Shown here: positions 1-13,450 of the stretch, piece by piece
How the letters are laid out: each line of letters begins with the position of its first letter
How positions within the stretch are numbered: the first letter of the stretch is position 1
Source of the DNA: Candidatus Aldehydirespiratoraceae bacterium
GTDB lineage: Bacteria > Actinomycetota > Acidimicrobiia > Acidimicrobiales > Aldehydirespiratoraceae
Assembly (NCBI GenBank): GCA_965214565.1
Contig: OZ243951.1
Coordinates: 2,579,166-2,643,165 of the forward strand
DNA: 64,000 bases
Reading direction: 5' to 3'
Position numbers and translations under genes: made by a program
Notes under the pieces: generated by a model
Told to the model about the DNA's origin: nothing
The model's database searches: none
Seen by the model: the letters and a program-made list of their open reading frames with translations, nothing else

Positions 1-1
1 C

Positions 2-562
2 CGTGCAGCCAAGGCCTCGGGGCTCCCGGTCACCGCCGAAGCTGCAACCCACCACTTCTCTCTGACCGACGCGTGTTGCGCGAGTTACGACCCGGTTTTC
101 AAGGTTCACCCACCACTGCGCACTGAAGCGGACGTGGCTGCGGTCAAGGAGGGTCTCATCGACGGCACGATCGACGCCATAGCCACTGACCATGCACCTC
201 ACGCTCCCAAGTCCAAACAGCAGACATTCGCTGACGCCCCCCCGGGGATGCTCGGACTCGAAACCGCCTTCGCGGTGGCCAACACCCATCTCGACATGCC
301 GATCGAGTCCCTCCTCGCGGCGATGTCGTGGCGACCGGCGGCCATTGCTGGACTGACCGCGGAGCACGGCGGCCTCATCAAAGAGGGCAGCCCGGCCAAC
401 CTCGCGGTGATCGATCCCAAAGTCGTGTGGACGGTCTCTGCTGCAGAGATGGCGAGTCGCAGTTCCAACACGCCCTATGACGGAATGGGACTCCGAGGAA
501 GAATCCGCCACACGATCTACAAAGGAGAGGCCGTGGTTGTCGACGGCGAAGCGCAGCGATGA
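2..562 (+). CDS. pyrC: dihydroorotase, C-terminal part (5' end outside window)
   Basis: Frame open from the window edge; reads AAKASGLPVTAEAATHHFSL...DAIATDHAPHAPKSK...GLETAFAV, typical dihydroorotase; directly upstream of carA. Confidence 0.93.
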   Translation, partial: RAAKASGLPVTAEAATHHFSLTDACCASYDPVFKVHPPLRTEADVAAVKEGLIDGTIDAIATDHAPHAPKSKQQTFADAPPGMLGLETAFAVANTHLDMPIESLLAAMSWRPAAIAGLTAEHGGLIKEGSPANLAVIDPKVVWTVSAAEMASRSSNTPYDGMGLRGRIRHTIYKGEAVVVDGEAQR

Positions 563-1658
563 GCGGTTCTGGCCCGATTCGCCCGTATCGGCTGGTGTTG
601 GCGGACGGGGAAGTGTTCGAAGGCGAGGGCATCGGTGCTGATCCAGACGGCGGTGTCGCTTCGGGAGAGGTCGTGTTCAACACCGTTCTGTCCGGTTATC
701 AGGAGGTGATCACCGATCCTTCCTACGCGGGACAGATCATCACCTTCACCTACCCGCACATCGGCAATTACGGGGTGAACGCCACCGACGAAGAGGCCCG
801 CAGGCCGTTCTGTCGAGGTGTCATTGTCCGCGACCTGGCCCGTCGGCACAGCAACTGGCGTTCGGAGGGCGATCTCGACGCTTTTCTTCGAACCCACAAT
901 GTCGCCGGTATCGCGGGGGTCGATACCCGGCGGCTCACCCGCCATATCCGCGACTTCGGGGCGATGCCCGGCGCGTTCGGCGACACAGAAGCATCCGAAC
1001 TGCAAGCCGCGGCGAACTCAGACCCGACAACGAGCGGGGTCGACCTGGTGGGGCTGGTGTCCACCGACAAGCCCTACACGGTTGGTAGTGCGCGGCGCAG
1101 GGTTGTTGCTTACGACCTCGGTATCAAGTCCACGATGCTGCGTCACCTGTCGACCATGGCGACAGTGACGGTCGTGCCAGCGGACACTCCCGCGGCCGAT
1201 GTGCTCGCCGAGGGTCCCGACGGGGTCTTCCTGTCCAACGGCCCGGGTGATCCGCAGATGGCCGGCTCGATCGTCGGCGAACTTCCGAAACTGATCGGTC
1301 GCCTGCCGATCTTCGGGATCTGCCTCGGGCACCAGGTCCTGTCGCTGGCGCTGGGCGGCAGCACGTTCAAGATGAAGTTCGGCCACCACGGCGGCAACGT
1401 TCCGGTCATGGACCTTCGCAGCGGCAAAGTCGAGATCACCAGCCAGAACCACAACTTCGCGGTGGAGACAGGCTCTGTTCCAGATGTCGTGGAGACGCAT
1501 GTGTGCCTCAACGACGGCGCCCTCGAGGGGATGTTCCACAGGGACCTTCCGGTGTTCAGCGTGCAGTACCACCCTGAGGCCGGGCCCGGGCCCCACGACA
1601 GCCGCTACCTGTTCAAGGATTTCGAGCGGCTCATGGATACGAAAGGCTTGGTCGCATA

Positions 1659-1659
<1 letters not shown>
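559..1659 (+). CDS. carA: carbamoyl-phosphate synthase small subunit
   Basis: 366 aa; GICLGHQ class I glutaminase motif; overlaps pyrC stop; followed by carB. Confidence 0.97.
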
Positions 1660-5004
<3,345 letters not shown>

Positions 5005-5013
5005 GCCTGCGAT

Positions 5014-5103
5014 GAGTGGGCACTGGGTGGCTAAGCACTGGGTGAGTGGGCACTGGGTGGCTAAGCACTGGGTGAGCGAGCACTGGGTGAGCGAGCACTG
5101 GGT
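5014..5103 (+). repeat. short tandem repeats (30-bp and 15-bp units) between carB and pyrD
   Basis: GAGTGGGCACTGGGTGGCTAAGCACTGGGT x2 followed by GAGCGAGCACTGGGT x2. Confidence 0.95.
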
Positions 5104-5109
5104 GAGTGA

Positions 5110-6027
5110 GTGATGGTCGAGCTCACGACCTCGGTGGGCTCGGTGAGTCTCAAAGCGCCGGTGTTGACAGCCTCGGGCACGGTCGGTCACGGCGCGGAGT
5201 TCGCCCGTTACCTTCGTCCCAGCGAACTCGGTGCAATAGTGGTCAAGTCGATGAAGGCAACGCCGTTCCAGGGAAATCCCGCCCCGCGGGTTCACCCGAC
5301 CCCCGCCGGGATGATCAACAGCGTCGGACTTCAAGGACCCGGAGTGTCGCACTGGCTTGAACATGAACTGCCGGCCTTAGAGACCGCAGGCGCCACCGTC
5401 GTGGCCAGCATCTGGGGAAACACCGTCGACGAGTACCGTCAGGCAGCCGAGGCGCTGTCGGTGGCACCTCCGTGCGTAGTCGCGGTCGAAGTCAACGTGT
5501 CATGTCCCAATCTCGAAGACCGCAGCCGAATTTTCTCCCACAGTGCCCAAGCAACATGCGAAGCGATCGAGGCCACCAGTAGATGCGGCCGACCCCGTTG
5601 GGCCAAGCTCAGCCCCAATGCCCCGGACATCGCCGAGATCGCCGCGGCCGCACATTCCGCCGGTGCTGAGGCCGTCGTCTTGACGAACACCCTGCTGGCG
5701 ATGGTGATAGACCCCGAGACCCGACGCCCCGTATTGGGTGCGAAGCGAGGAGGTCTGTCGGGAGCAGCGATGCGCCCCGTGGCGGTTAGGGCGGTATATG
5801 ACGTGCACGAAGCGATCCCAGCTCTACCGATCGTTGGCGTCGGCGGCGTCGCCAGCGGCGTTGACGTGGCCGAGTTCCTTTTGGCCGGTGCCTCGGCGGT
5901 CGAGGTCGGCACTGCCACGTTCGCTGATCCTCGGGCGCCGCGACGAATCCTCGACGAGTTTGAACAGTGGTGCAAACGTCATGGCGTCACGCAACTCGCT
6001 GGAATCATCGGAGCGGGCCACGAGTAA
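5110..6027 (+). CDS. pyrD: dihydroorotate dehydrogenase (class 1B-like)
   Basis: 305 aa; NVSCPN motif, KLSPN, VGVGGV; pyrimidine gene context. Confidence 0.93.
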   Translation: MMVELTTSVGSVSLKAPVLTASGTVGHGAEFARYLRPSELGAIVVKSMKATPFQGNPAPRVHPTPAGMINSVGLQGPGVSHWLEHELPALETAGATVVASIWGNTVDEYRQAAEALSVAPPCVVAVEVNVSCPNLEDRSRIFSHSAQATCEAIEATSRCGRPRWAKLSPNAPDIAEIAAAAHSAGAEAVVLTNTLLAMVIDPETRRPVLGAKRGGLSGAAMRPVAVRAVYDVHEAIPALPIVGVGGVASGVDVAEFLLAGASAVEVGTATFADPRAPRRILDEFEQWCKRHGVTQLAGIIGAGHE

Positions 6028-6079
6028 CTATCGGCGCGGATAATTGCCTTCGTTTCTCTCGGCCTCTAGTGTTTCTGTC

Positions 6080-6394
6080 ATGTCTAACCCTCCAAAGTTG
6101 TCAGACGAGGCGCGAGCCGCAGCACTTGCAAAGGCAACCGAAGCGCGAAAGGCCCGTCGAGAGTTAAAGCAGTTGTTGAAGATGCGATCTTTGACTCTTG
6201 CCGAAGTTTTCGAAAAGGCCGACTCAGACGAAATCGTTGCAAAGACGAAGACGTTGGCCGTGATCGAGTCGCTTCCTGGGGTAGGGAAAGTCAAGGCCCG
6301 GCGTGCCATGGAAGACATCGGTATTGCGGAGAACCGCCGTCTTCGGGGTCTTGGCCAGAAGCAGAGGGCTGAACTTCTGGAGCGGTTCGGCTGA
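6080..6394 (+). CDS. mihF: integration host factor, actinobacterial type (mIHF)
   Basis: LAEVFEKADSDEIVAKTKTLAVIESLPGVGKVKARRAMEDIGIAENRRLRGLGQKQRAELLERF; located directly upstream of gmk; start taken as ATG 6080 in ORF 6044..6394. Confidence 0.93.
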   Translation: MSNPPKLSDEARAAALAKATEARKARRELKQLLKMRSLTLAEVFEKADSDEIVAKTKTLAVIESLPGVGKVKARRAMEDIGIAENRRLRGLGQKQRAELLERFG

Positions 6395-6426
6395 CCAGAG
6401 TCTGCTATGAGGCTGGTTGATCGACG

Positions 6427-6984
6427 GTGATTGCGGCCTCAGACCAGTTGGTCGTTGTCATCTCCGGCCCGGGTGGGGTTGGGAAGGGTACGCTGGTTGC
6501 CCGGCTGTTGGACCGGGACCACCGGCTCTGGCTCTCGCGTAGTTGGACGACCCGCGCCCGGCGTCCAGGCGAGTCGATGGAGGCATACCACTTCACGAAC
6601 AGGGAGTTCTTTGACCGACACATGGAGGCCGGCGGATTCCTCGAGTGGGTGGACTTCTTGGACTACCGCCAAGGCACACCGGTGGTACAGCCACCCCCGG
6701 GACATGATCTGGTCTATGAGATCGACGTCTACGGAGCCAAGCAGATCCGTGAGCACTTTCCCGACGCGCTGTTGGTTTTCGTCGATGCTCCTTCCCGTGA
6801 AGCCCAGCGGGCTCGCTTGGTCGGTCGCGGCGACCCCCCGGACAAGATTGAAGACCGCTTGGCCTGCGCCGACACCGAGTTGGCCACAGCGCGAGAACTC
6901 GGTGCGAGGATATTGATCAACGGCGACCTCAATCGGGCGCTCGAAGAGTTGGAAGCGTTGATTCGCGAGCGTCGCGGGAGCTAG
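6427..6984 (+). CDS. gmk: guanylate kinase
   Basis: SGPGGVGKGTL P-loop; SRSWTTRARRPGE; 185 aa. Confidence 0.95.
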   Translation: MIAASDQLVVVISGPGGVGKGTLVARLLDRDHRLWLSRSWTTRARRPGESMEAYHFTNREFFDRHMEAGGFLEWVDFLDYRQGTPVVQPPPGHDLVYEIDVYGAKQIREHFPDALLVFVDAPSREAQRARLVGRGDPPDKIEDRLACADTELATARELGARILINGDLNRALEELEALIRERRGS

Positions 6985-7063
6985 TGCCGCTGCTACGCTT
7001 GTATGTCGGTTGAACACCACGCGGCTGACGACACAGTTCGTCGACGTCTCGGGAGAAGGCACA

Positions 7064-7372
7064 ATGGCACACGGCTATGACACGATGATGAATCCTTCGA
7101 TTGAGGGCCTCCTCGACGATGTCGGCTCCAAGTTCCGACTCGTCACGCTCTCTGCCATGCGGAGCCGCGAAATCACGAACTATGTGGGGCAACTCGGCCG
7201 AGGTATGGGGGCGTCGATACCTCCCCAGGTTGCGTCCACGGCCAGCAAGCCGTTGTCGATCGCCTTCGAGGAAATCGCTGCGGACAAGATCATCGCCGTC
7301 GACGTCGACACGGAAGCCGGAGCAGAAGCCGAATCCGAAGGTGGAACCGCTGCGGACTTTGTGGGTGCCTGA
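7064..7372 (+). CDS. rpoZ: DNA-directed RNA polymerase omega subunit
   Basis: MMNPSIEGLLDDVGSKFRLVTLSAMRSREI...KPLSIAFEEIAADKI; gmk-rpoZ-coaBC order. Confidence 0.92.
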   Translation: MAHGYDTMMNPSIEGLLDDVGSKFRLVTLSAMRSREITNYVGQLGRGMGASIPPQVASTASKPLSIAFEEIAADKIIAVDVDTEAGAEAESEGGTAADFVGA

Positions 7373-7399
7373 CCCGAGCAACAGGGCGGTGGCTGGCAC

Positions 7400-8656
7400 A
7401 TGACCACGCTCTCCGGTCGACGCATCATCCTTGGTGTGACCGGCGGAATCGCCGCCTACAAGGCGGTTGAGATCTGTCGTCGTCTAGTTGACGCCGGTGC
7501 GCATGTCACTCCGGTTCTTACTGCAGGCGCCCTGAAGATGGTCGGTGAGGCCACCTTCTCGGCGTTGGCCAGCGAACCGGCGCGCACTTCTCTGTTCAAC
7601 GATCCCTCGAGTCCGATTCCGCACACCGTCATGGGTCGCAATGCTGACTTGGTGCTGGTGGCTCCGGCGACGGCGAGGGTCATTTCCGATATTCGCACGG
7701 GACGCTCGGCTGATCTCTTGACGGCCACGATTCTCGCCACCCGGGCACCGCTGATGATCTGCCCGGCGATGCACACCGAAATGTGGGAACAGGTGTCTGT
7801 GCAGGAGAACCTCGAGGTGCTGCGTGGCCGTGGCGTGCATGTCGTTGATCCAGAGAGTGGCCGACTCGCTGGAGGAGACTTCGGCCTCGGGCGACTCGCC
7901 GAGCCGGCATCGATTGTGACTGCTGTCGGGAGCCTGCTGGCCCCGAACGATCCTGGTGGCCCGAGTGATCTTGGAGGCCAGAATGACCTTGGAGGGATGC
8001 GGGTGCTCGTCACCGCCGGCGGGACTCGCGAGCCAATTGATGCGGTCCGATTTGTGGGCAACCGGTCCTCAGGCAGACAAGGCCATGCCCTCGCACGGAA
8101 CGCGGCGGAACGAGGTGCTGACGTTGTGTTGGTTACAACCAACGCGCTAAGCGCTCCGGGCGGCGTTCGCATCGTGGATGTGTCCACGGCCGAGGAAATG
8201 CATCGTGCTTGCACCGCTGAAGCGCCCGAGGCTGACCTGGTCGTGATGGCCGCAGCGGTCGCAGACTTCCGGCCGCACAGAGCAGTGGATCGCAAACTCA
8301 AGAAGGACGAGGGGATCCTCAGTGTCGAGTTCGAGCCCACGGCCGACATCCTTGCGTGTCTGGGTGCCACCAAACCCGATGGTCAGGTCCTGGTCGGATT
8401 CGCTGCCGAAACCGACGACGTCGAAATTAACGCGGCGGAAAAGCTCGACAAGAAGAACCTGGACATAATCGTGGCGAACGACGTGTCCAAACCCGGTGTC
8501 GGATTTGAGCATGAGACCAACGAGGTTGTAGTGCTACGGGCGGACGGAGTCCGGCAGCACCTTCCGCTGTGCAGCAAGGGCGAGGTGGCCCGTGTCGTGC
8601 TTGATGCCGCCGTTGAAACCCTTAACCGACTCGACAATTCACAGGAGCAAGAGTGA
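7400..8656 (+). CDS. coaBC: bifunctional phosphopantothenoylcysteine decarboxylase/phosphopantothenate-cysteine ligase
   Basis: [13 protein letters not shown]; [10 protein letters not shown]; [22 protein letters not shown]. Confidence 0.96.
   Translation: MTTLSGRRIILGVTGGIAAYKAVEICRRLVDAGAHVTPVLTAGALKMVGEATFSALASEPARTSLFNDPSSPIPHTVMGRNADLVLVAPATARVISDIRTGRSADLLTATILATRAPLMICPAMHTEMWEQVSVQENLEVLRGRGVHVVDPESGRLAGGDFGLGRLAEPASIVTAVGSLLAPNDPGGPSDLGGQNDLGGMRVLVTAGGTREPIDAVRFVGNRSSGRQGHALARNAAERGADVVLVTTNALSAPGGVRIVDVSTAEEMHRACTAEAPEADLVVMAAAVADFRPHRAVDRKLKKDEGILSVEFEPTADILACLGATKPDGQVLVGFAAETDDVEINAAEKLDKKNLDIIVANDVSKPGVGFEHETNEVVVLRADGVRQHLPLCSKGEVARVVLDAAVETLNRLDNSQEQE
7943..7996 (+). repeat. 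3 x 18-bp repeat in the CoaB/CoaC linker
   Basis: CCGAACGATCCTGGTGGC / CCGAGTGATCTTGGAGGC / CAGAATGACCTTGGAGGG, encoding [18 protein letters not shown]. Confidence 0.9.
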
Positions 8657-9855
8657 CTCGCTGGACCTTCACCTCTGAGAGCGTGACCGAGGGCCATCCG
8701 GACAAGATGGCAGATCAGATTTCAGACTCAATTCTCGATGCCATGTTGGCCCAGGACGAAATGAGTCGTGTGGCCTGCGAAACCATGGTGACTACTGGAC
8801 TTGCGATCGTGGCCGGTGAGATCACCACCGACGCCTATGTGGATATTGCCGGCACGGTACGTGAGACGATCAAGGAGATCGGCTACGACCGTGAAGCCTT
8901 CGGTTACGACGGCAACACCTGCGGGGTGATGGTCACGATCGACGACCAGTCGCCGGACATCTTTCTGGGACTCACCGCGTCTGAAGAGGTTCGTTCCGGT
9001 ATTGCCGGAGAAAAAGACGCACTCGACATGCAGGGGGCCGGGGATCAGGGGATGATGTTCGGCTACGCCTGCGATGAGACTGAGGAACTGATGCCGTTGC
9101 CCATTCACCTCGCTCATCGGATGGCCGAACGCCACGCCGAGGTCCGCAAGGCCGGGACGATTCCCTATCTCCGACCGGATGCCAAGACCCAGGTGACTTT
9201 CGAGTATGAGGGCAGCAAACCTGTTCGGCTCAAGACCGTCCTGGTCTCCACCCAGCACAATGACGGCATCGACCGCGACTCGATGATTCGGCCCGATCTG
9301 ATCGAGCATGTGATTGCTCCGGTCATTCCCGCGGAGTTCGCCGACGACAACTACGACGTCTACGTCAACCCGACGGGCCGTTTCGTGATCGGTGGTCCCG
9401 TGGGGGACTGTGGACTCACCGGACGCAAGATCATTGTCGACACGTACGGTGGGATGGCTCGCCATGGCGGTGGTGCATTCTCAGGCAAGGATCCTTCGAA
9501 GGTCGATCGTTCGGCTGCCTACGCGGCCCGCTGGGTGGCAAAGAACTTGGTCGCCTCGGGAGCAGCAAGCCGCTGTGAGGTTCAGGTCGCCTACGCCATC
9601 GGCATGGCCCGCCCCGTTTCGATCCTTGTCGACACCTTCGGCACGGAGACTGTCGAAAAGGTAGCGATCGACGCAGCCATCGACGACATATTCGATCTCC
9701 GTCCAGCCGCGATACTCCGCGATCTCGATCTCCGTCGTCCGATCTACCGCAAGACCGCCGCATACGGGCACTTCGGCCGTTCGAGCGACGACGGCCTGTT
9801 CCCCTGGGAGCAGACGAACCGGGTCGACGACCTCGTCTCAGCATTGGGACTCTGA
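8653..9855 (+). CDS. metK: S-adenosylmethionine synthetase
   Basis: [24 protein letters not shown]; [12 protein letters not shown]; overlaps coaBC stop. Confidence 0.98.
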   Translation: MTRWTFTSESVTEGHPDKMADQISDSILDAMLAQDEMSRVACETMVTTGLAIVAGEITTDAYVDIAGTVRETIKEIGYDREAFGYDGNTCGVMVTIDDQSPDIFLGLTASEEVRSGIAGEKDALDMQGAGDQGMMFGYACDETEELMPLPIHLAHRMAERHAEVRKAGTIPYLRPDAKTQVTFEYEGSKPVRLKTVLVSTQHNDGIDRDSMIRPDLIEHVIAPVIPAEFADDNYDVYVNPTGRFVIGGPVGDCGLTGRKIIVDTYGGMARHGGGAFSGKDPSKVDRSAAYAARWVAKNLVASGAASRCEVQVAYAIGMARPVSILVDTFGTETVEKVAIDAAIDDIFDLRPAAILRDLDLRRPIYRKTAAYGHFGRSSDDGLFPWEQTNRVDDLVSALGL

Positions 9856-9863
9856 GGTTCCGC

Positions 9864-11630
9864 TTGCCGAAGTCGAGCTCGGGAGGACCCGACCGCAAGG
9901 TCGTGCGGGTTGTTCCCGATGTGTTGGGGATCAACAGAGAGTTCGACTACTACGTTCCCGAGGCGTGGCACCGCGATGGTCGCGCGGCCCGGCTGAGCGT
10001 GGGTTCGATGGTGCGGGTGTCTCTGGCGGGAAGGCGGGTGGGCGCCTGGGTGTGCGCTCTCGATGTTGAACCGGCCCAAGGAGTGGAGCTGGCCCCGTTG
10101 AGAACCCTGCGCGGCATTGGACCCGACGCCGAGATGCTCGAACTGGCTTCCTGGGCGGCGTGGCGTTGGGCTGGCAGCAGAGTGAAGTTCCTGCGTGCTG
10201 CTTCACCGCCCTCGATGCTCGCGGGAGTGCCGCGGGGCGCGAGCCGCGACCCTGTGCCGTCCGGCCCCGCGGACGTGTTCTCGCGGGCATTCGAGCTGGC
10301 TCGGGAACGTGGCGTCGCAGTGGTCAGGACCCCACCGATCAGCGACGATGTGTCGTTGGCTCTGGAAGCTTGCAGAGGGGGCGACGCGTTGTTGCTACTC
10401 GCAGACTCCGCTAGGGCCCGTCGCCTCGGGATCGCCTTGCGCCGTGCCGGCGTCAGGATCGCTCTAGGGGTTCAGGAGTGGTCTGTGGCCGCCAGCGGGG
10501 CCACGGTGGTCGGGACTCGGTCGGCGGTCTGGATGCCCATGCCGCGGCTTTCCGGGGTGGTTGTCTTCGACGAGCACGATGAGTCGCACGCCGAGCAGTC
10601 GACTCCTGCCTGGAACGCTCGGGAGGCCGGTCTGGAGCGGGCCCGCCGCCGCGGTGTGCCGGTCGTGCTCAGTTCTCCGGTGCCGTCGCTCGAGGCACTG
10701 CGCTCCGGTCCTCTGCTTCGGCCTGACCGTGCTGCGGAGAGATTGGGGTGGCCGAGGGTGGAAGTGCTCGATCGTCGTGCCGAGGACCCGGCGAAGGTGG
10801 GCCTCTTCGCCGAGGGTGTCGCCGGGGTGCTCCGGGGCGAGAGTCGGGTCGTCTGTGTGCTGAATCGCAGGGGACGTTCGCGGCTGTTGGCCTGCACGGC
10901 GTGCGGCGAGCTGGTGCGTACGCTCGACGGTACCTCACCCATGGTGCTTGAAGACTCCGAGCTTCGTTCGCCTGATGGCAGCGAGGTGCGTCCGCCGGTA
11001 TGCGCCCTATGCGGAGACACCCGTTTGAAGAACCTCCGAGCAGGGGTGACACGCGCCAGGGAAGAATTGGAAGCTCTGGTCGGCGAGGCAGTCGACGAGG
11101 TCACCGCGTCGACTGTGGCGCAACCGGCGAGCCGAGTGGTGATCGGAACCGAAGCGGTGCTGCATCGCATCGTCGCGGCCGATGTCGTCGTGTTCTTGGA
11201 CCTTGACCAGGAACTTCTCGCGCCTCGCCAGAGAGCCGTGGAACAGGCGATGGCGCTGTTGGCACGGGCTGCTCGTCTACTGGGGCCGCGCAACTCCGGT
11301 GGGTGCCTCGTGCTCCAGACCCGCCAACCGGACCATGAAGTTGTGCGGGCGGTGACACGCGCCGACCCGTCGATCGTGGCGGTCGCGGAGCGCGATCGGC
11401 GCAGATCCGTGGGTATAGCGCCCTACGGAGCACAGGTTCTGGTCTCCGGTGCAGGAGCGGCAGAGTTCATCGGCACGCTGGGCCATCGGGCCGGGGTTCG
11501 AGTCCTCGGCCCCTCCGACGACCGTTGGTTGTTGCAGGCCGACACCCATGAGCCGCTCCTCAACGCCATCGAAGACACGCCCCGCCCCGACAGTCGTCTG
11601 CGGATAGAGGTCGACCCGCTGCGGGTGTGA
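9864..11630 (+). CDS. priA: primosomal protein N' (divergent actinobacterial PriA)
   Basis: N-terminal VVPDVLGINREFDYYVPE...VGSMVRVSLAGRRVGAWV; zinc-ribbon cysteines; metK-priA-def-fmt context. Confidence 0.85.
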   Translation: MPKSSSGGPDRKVVRVVPDVLGINREFDYYVPEAWHRDGRAARLSVGSMVRVSLAGRRVGAWVCALDVEPAQGVELAPLRTLRGIGPDAEMLELASWAAWRWAGSRVKFLRAASPPSMLAGVPRGASRDPVPSGPADVFSRAFELARERGVAVVRTPPISDDVSLALEACRGGDALLLLADSARARRLGIALRRAGVRIALGVQEWSVAASGATVVGTRSAVWMPMPRLSGVVVFDEHDESHAEQSTPAWNAREAGLERARRRGVPVVLSSPVPSLEALRSGPLLRPDRAAERLGWPRVEVLDRRAEDPAKVGLFAEGVAGVLRGESRVVCVLNRRGRSRLLACTACGELVRTLDGTSPMVLEDSELRSPDGSEVRPPVCALCGDTRLKNLRAGVTRAREELEALVGEAVDEVTASTVAQPASRVVIGTEAVLHRIVAADVVVFLDLDQELLAPRQRAVEQAMALLARAARLLGPRNSGGCLVLQTRQPDHEVVRAVTRADPSIVAVAERDRRRSVGIAPYGAQVLVSGAGAAEFIGTLGHRAGVRVLGPSDDRWLLQADTHEPLLNAIEDTPRPDSRLRIEVDPLRV

Positions 11631-11641
11631 GGCTCAAGGAG

Positions 11642-12175
11642 CTACTGCTGGGATTTCGACGTCCAGTTGGTGCGGCGGGTTTCGTAGAGGGCGATTGCGG
11701 TTGCGATTGCGACGTTGAGTGAGCCGACTTTGCCGAGTTGGGGGATGAAGGCGATGTCGTCGCAGACTTCTAGTGTGTTGGGAGTGATCCCTCGATCCTC
11801 GTGGCCGATCACCAGAGCTATGTCGCCGGACAGATCGGTGTCGTGAAGCGGCGAGGCATCGCTGGTGAGTTCGAGTGCGATTACCCGGTAGCCGTTGGCC
11901 CGTGCCGCGGTCACTGCCGCAGGACCTGAGTCGATCTCCGTCCAACTCAAATAGCGGGCGCTTCCCAGAGCGGTCTTGTCGACTTTGTCGTGGTCCGGCG
12001 AGGTGCCTTTGGCGATCCACAGGTGATCGATGCGCTGCGCGGCTGCAGTGCGAACGATCGAACCGACGTTGAACGGGTTGGCCACGCCGTCGAGGATCAG
12101 GGCAAGCCGACCTGTGGTTCGCTGACGCCAAGAACGGTGAAGCCGTTTCATGCCCGTGCCGTCGAGTTGTGCCAC
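11642..12175 (-). CDS. TrmH/SpoU-family RNA methyltransferase
   Basis: LALILDGVANPFNVGSIVRTAAA...LVIGHEDRGI...IPQLGKVGSLNVAIATAIALYE; GTG start at 12175 assumed (ORF extends to 12340). Confidence 0.9.
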   Translation of the reverse strand: MAQLDGTGMKRLHRSWRQRTTGRLALILDGVANPFNVGSIVRTAAAQRIDHLWIAKGTSPDHDKVDKTALGSARYLSWTEIDSGPAAVTAARANGYRVIALELTSDASPLHDTDLSGDIALVIGHEDRGITPNTLEVCDDIAFIPQLGKVGSLNVAIATAIALYETRRTNWTSKSQQ

Positions 12176-12783
12176 TAGTCCTCCCGTGGGTTGACTTCGA
12201 GTATGCGATAACCCGAGCGGCTGACCAACCGAATTGTCGGGAATCCTTGGTCTGTCAGCCAACGACTCAGAGAATCGCTGCCCAGGTGTTTCTGGACGAC
12301 GAGATGGGCCCGGCCGTCGGGGTTCAAGCGGCTGAGCCACGTCTCAAGCAGTTGATGCAACGCTTGTTTGCCGATCCGGATCGGTGGGTTGGACAGGATT
12401 CGGTCGAAACGAACGCTCTTTGGTACCTCAGTGGGAGGCGCGACAGTGATGCGGTCGCCGGCACCTAACGCCTCGGCATTGAGTTCGGTGAGTGTCCGAG
12501 CCCGAGTATTGGTATCGACAGCCCAGATTCGACCTGTCGCAGTTCGCAGTGCAGTGACGCAGGCAATGGGCCCCCAGCCGCAGCCGAGGTCGAGGGCCAC
12601 CGTGTCGTCCTCCACCCGAGGAGTCTCTGTTAGCAGCAACTTTGTACCGGGATCGAGCCGATCGGAGGAGAACACTCCCCGGTCTGATGTGAGTGTCACG
12701 GACAGGTCAACGAGGTTGATCTCGACCCGCGAAGGTCTAGAGGCCACCTTCGGGTCTTGATCGAAATAGTGAGCCGTCCCCAC
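12175..12783 (-). CDS. class I SAM-dependent methyltransferase, RsmC/MTS-like
   Basis: DLGCGWGPIACVTALRT; FDRILSNPPIRIGK motif; 202 aa. Confidence 0.85.
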   Translation of the reverse strand: MGTAHYFDQDPKVASRPSRVEINLVDLSVTLTSDRGVFSSDRLDPGTKLLLTETPRVEDDTVALDLGCGWGPIACVTALRTATGRIWAVDTNTRARTLTELNAEALGAGDRITVAPPTEVPKSVRFDRILSNPPIRIGKQALHQLLETWLSRLNPDGRAHLVVQKHLGSDSLSRWLTDQGFPTIRLVSRSGYRILEVNPRED

Positions 12784-12844
12784 AGCCGCGACCGTACTGC
12801 ACCCTCAACGCCATGGGCGTGGATCTTTCGGTTAGCCTGAACGG

Positions 12845-13450
12845 GTGAGCAGTTACGACATTCGTGTCATTGGGGATCCCGTGTTGCGCCAGAGTGCGCG
12901 TCGGATTACCGACATCGACGGCGCGCTCGTGCGACTTGCCGACGACATGATCGAAACGATGTACGAAGCACCAGGTATCGGGCTCGCGGCTCCCCAAGTA
13001 GGAGTACAGAAAAGGTTGTTTGTATGGGATATGGGCGAAGGACCAAAGGTGATCGTCAACCCCGAGATCATCGAATCGGACGGCGAATGGCTCTATGACG
13101 AGGCATGCCTGTCGGTTCCCGGGTTGTCCTGGGAGATAGTCCGCCCCAAGACGGTTCACCTGGTCGGTCGCGACCTCGACGGCAACGAGATGTCGTTCGA
13201 GGCCGATGAACTGGAGGCGAGGTTGTTCCAACACGAGCTCGATCATCTCGACGGCACCCTGCTGATTGAGCGGCTCGACTCAGACACCCGCAAGACCGCG
13301 CTCAAGACGATCCGCGCCCTGCAGTTGGCGGAGGCCATGCCAACATCACGAGCCGTCGGATCACGCAGCGCCACGAATGCGAGCGATGAAACTGCGAGTG
13401 GCATAGCAGCGAGCCCCAAGGCTGCGAGCCAAGGCCTAAGGCTGCCGTGA
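12845..13450 (+). CDS. def: peptide deformylase
   Basis: GIGLAAPQVGV; EACLSVPG; QHELDHLDG. Confidence 0.97.
   Translation: MSSYDIRVIGDPVLRQSARRITDIDGALVRLADDMIETMYEAPGIGLAAPQVGVQKRLFVWDMGEGPKVIVNPEIIESDGEWLYDEACLSVPGLSWEIVRPKTVHLVGRDLDGNEMSFEADELEARLFQHELDHLDGTLLIERLDSDTRKTALKTIRALQLAEAMPTSRAVGSRSATNASDETASGIAASPKAASQGLRLP

Noticed and set aside
5014-5103. Possible CRISPR-like array
   Set aside because: Units are contiguous tandem repeats with no spacers.
9864-11630. PriA lacking strong helicase motifs as a pseudogene
   Set aside because: Divergent PriA with degenerate helicase motifs is known in actinobacteria; the ORF is intact and in conserved context.
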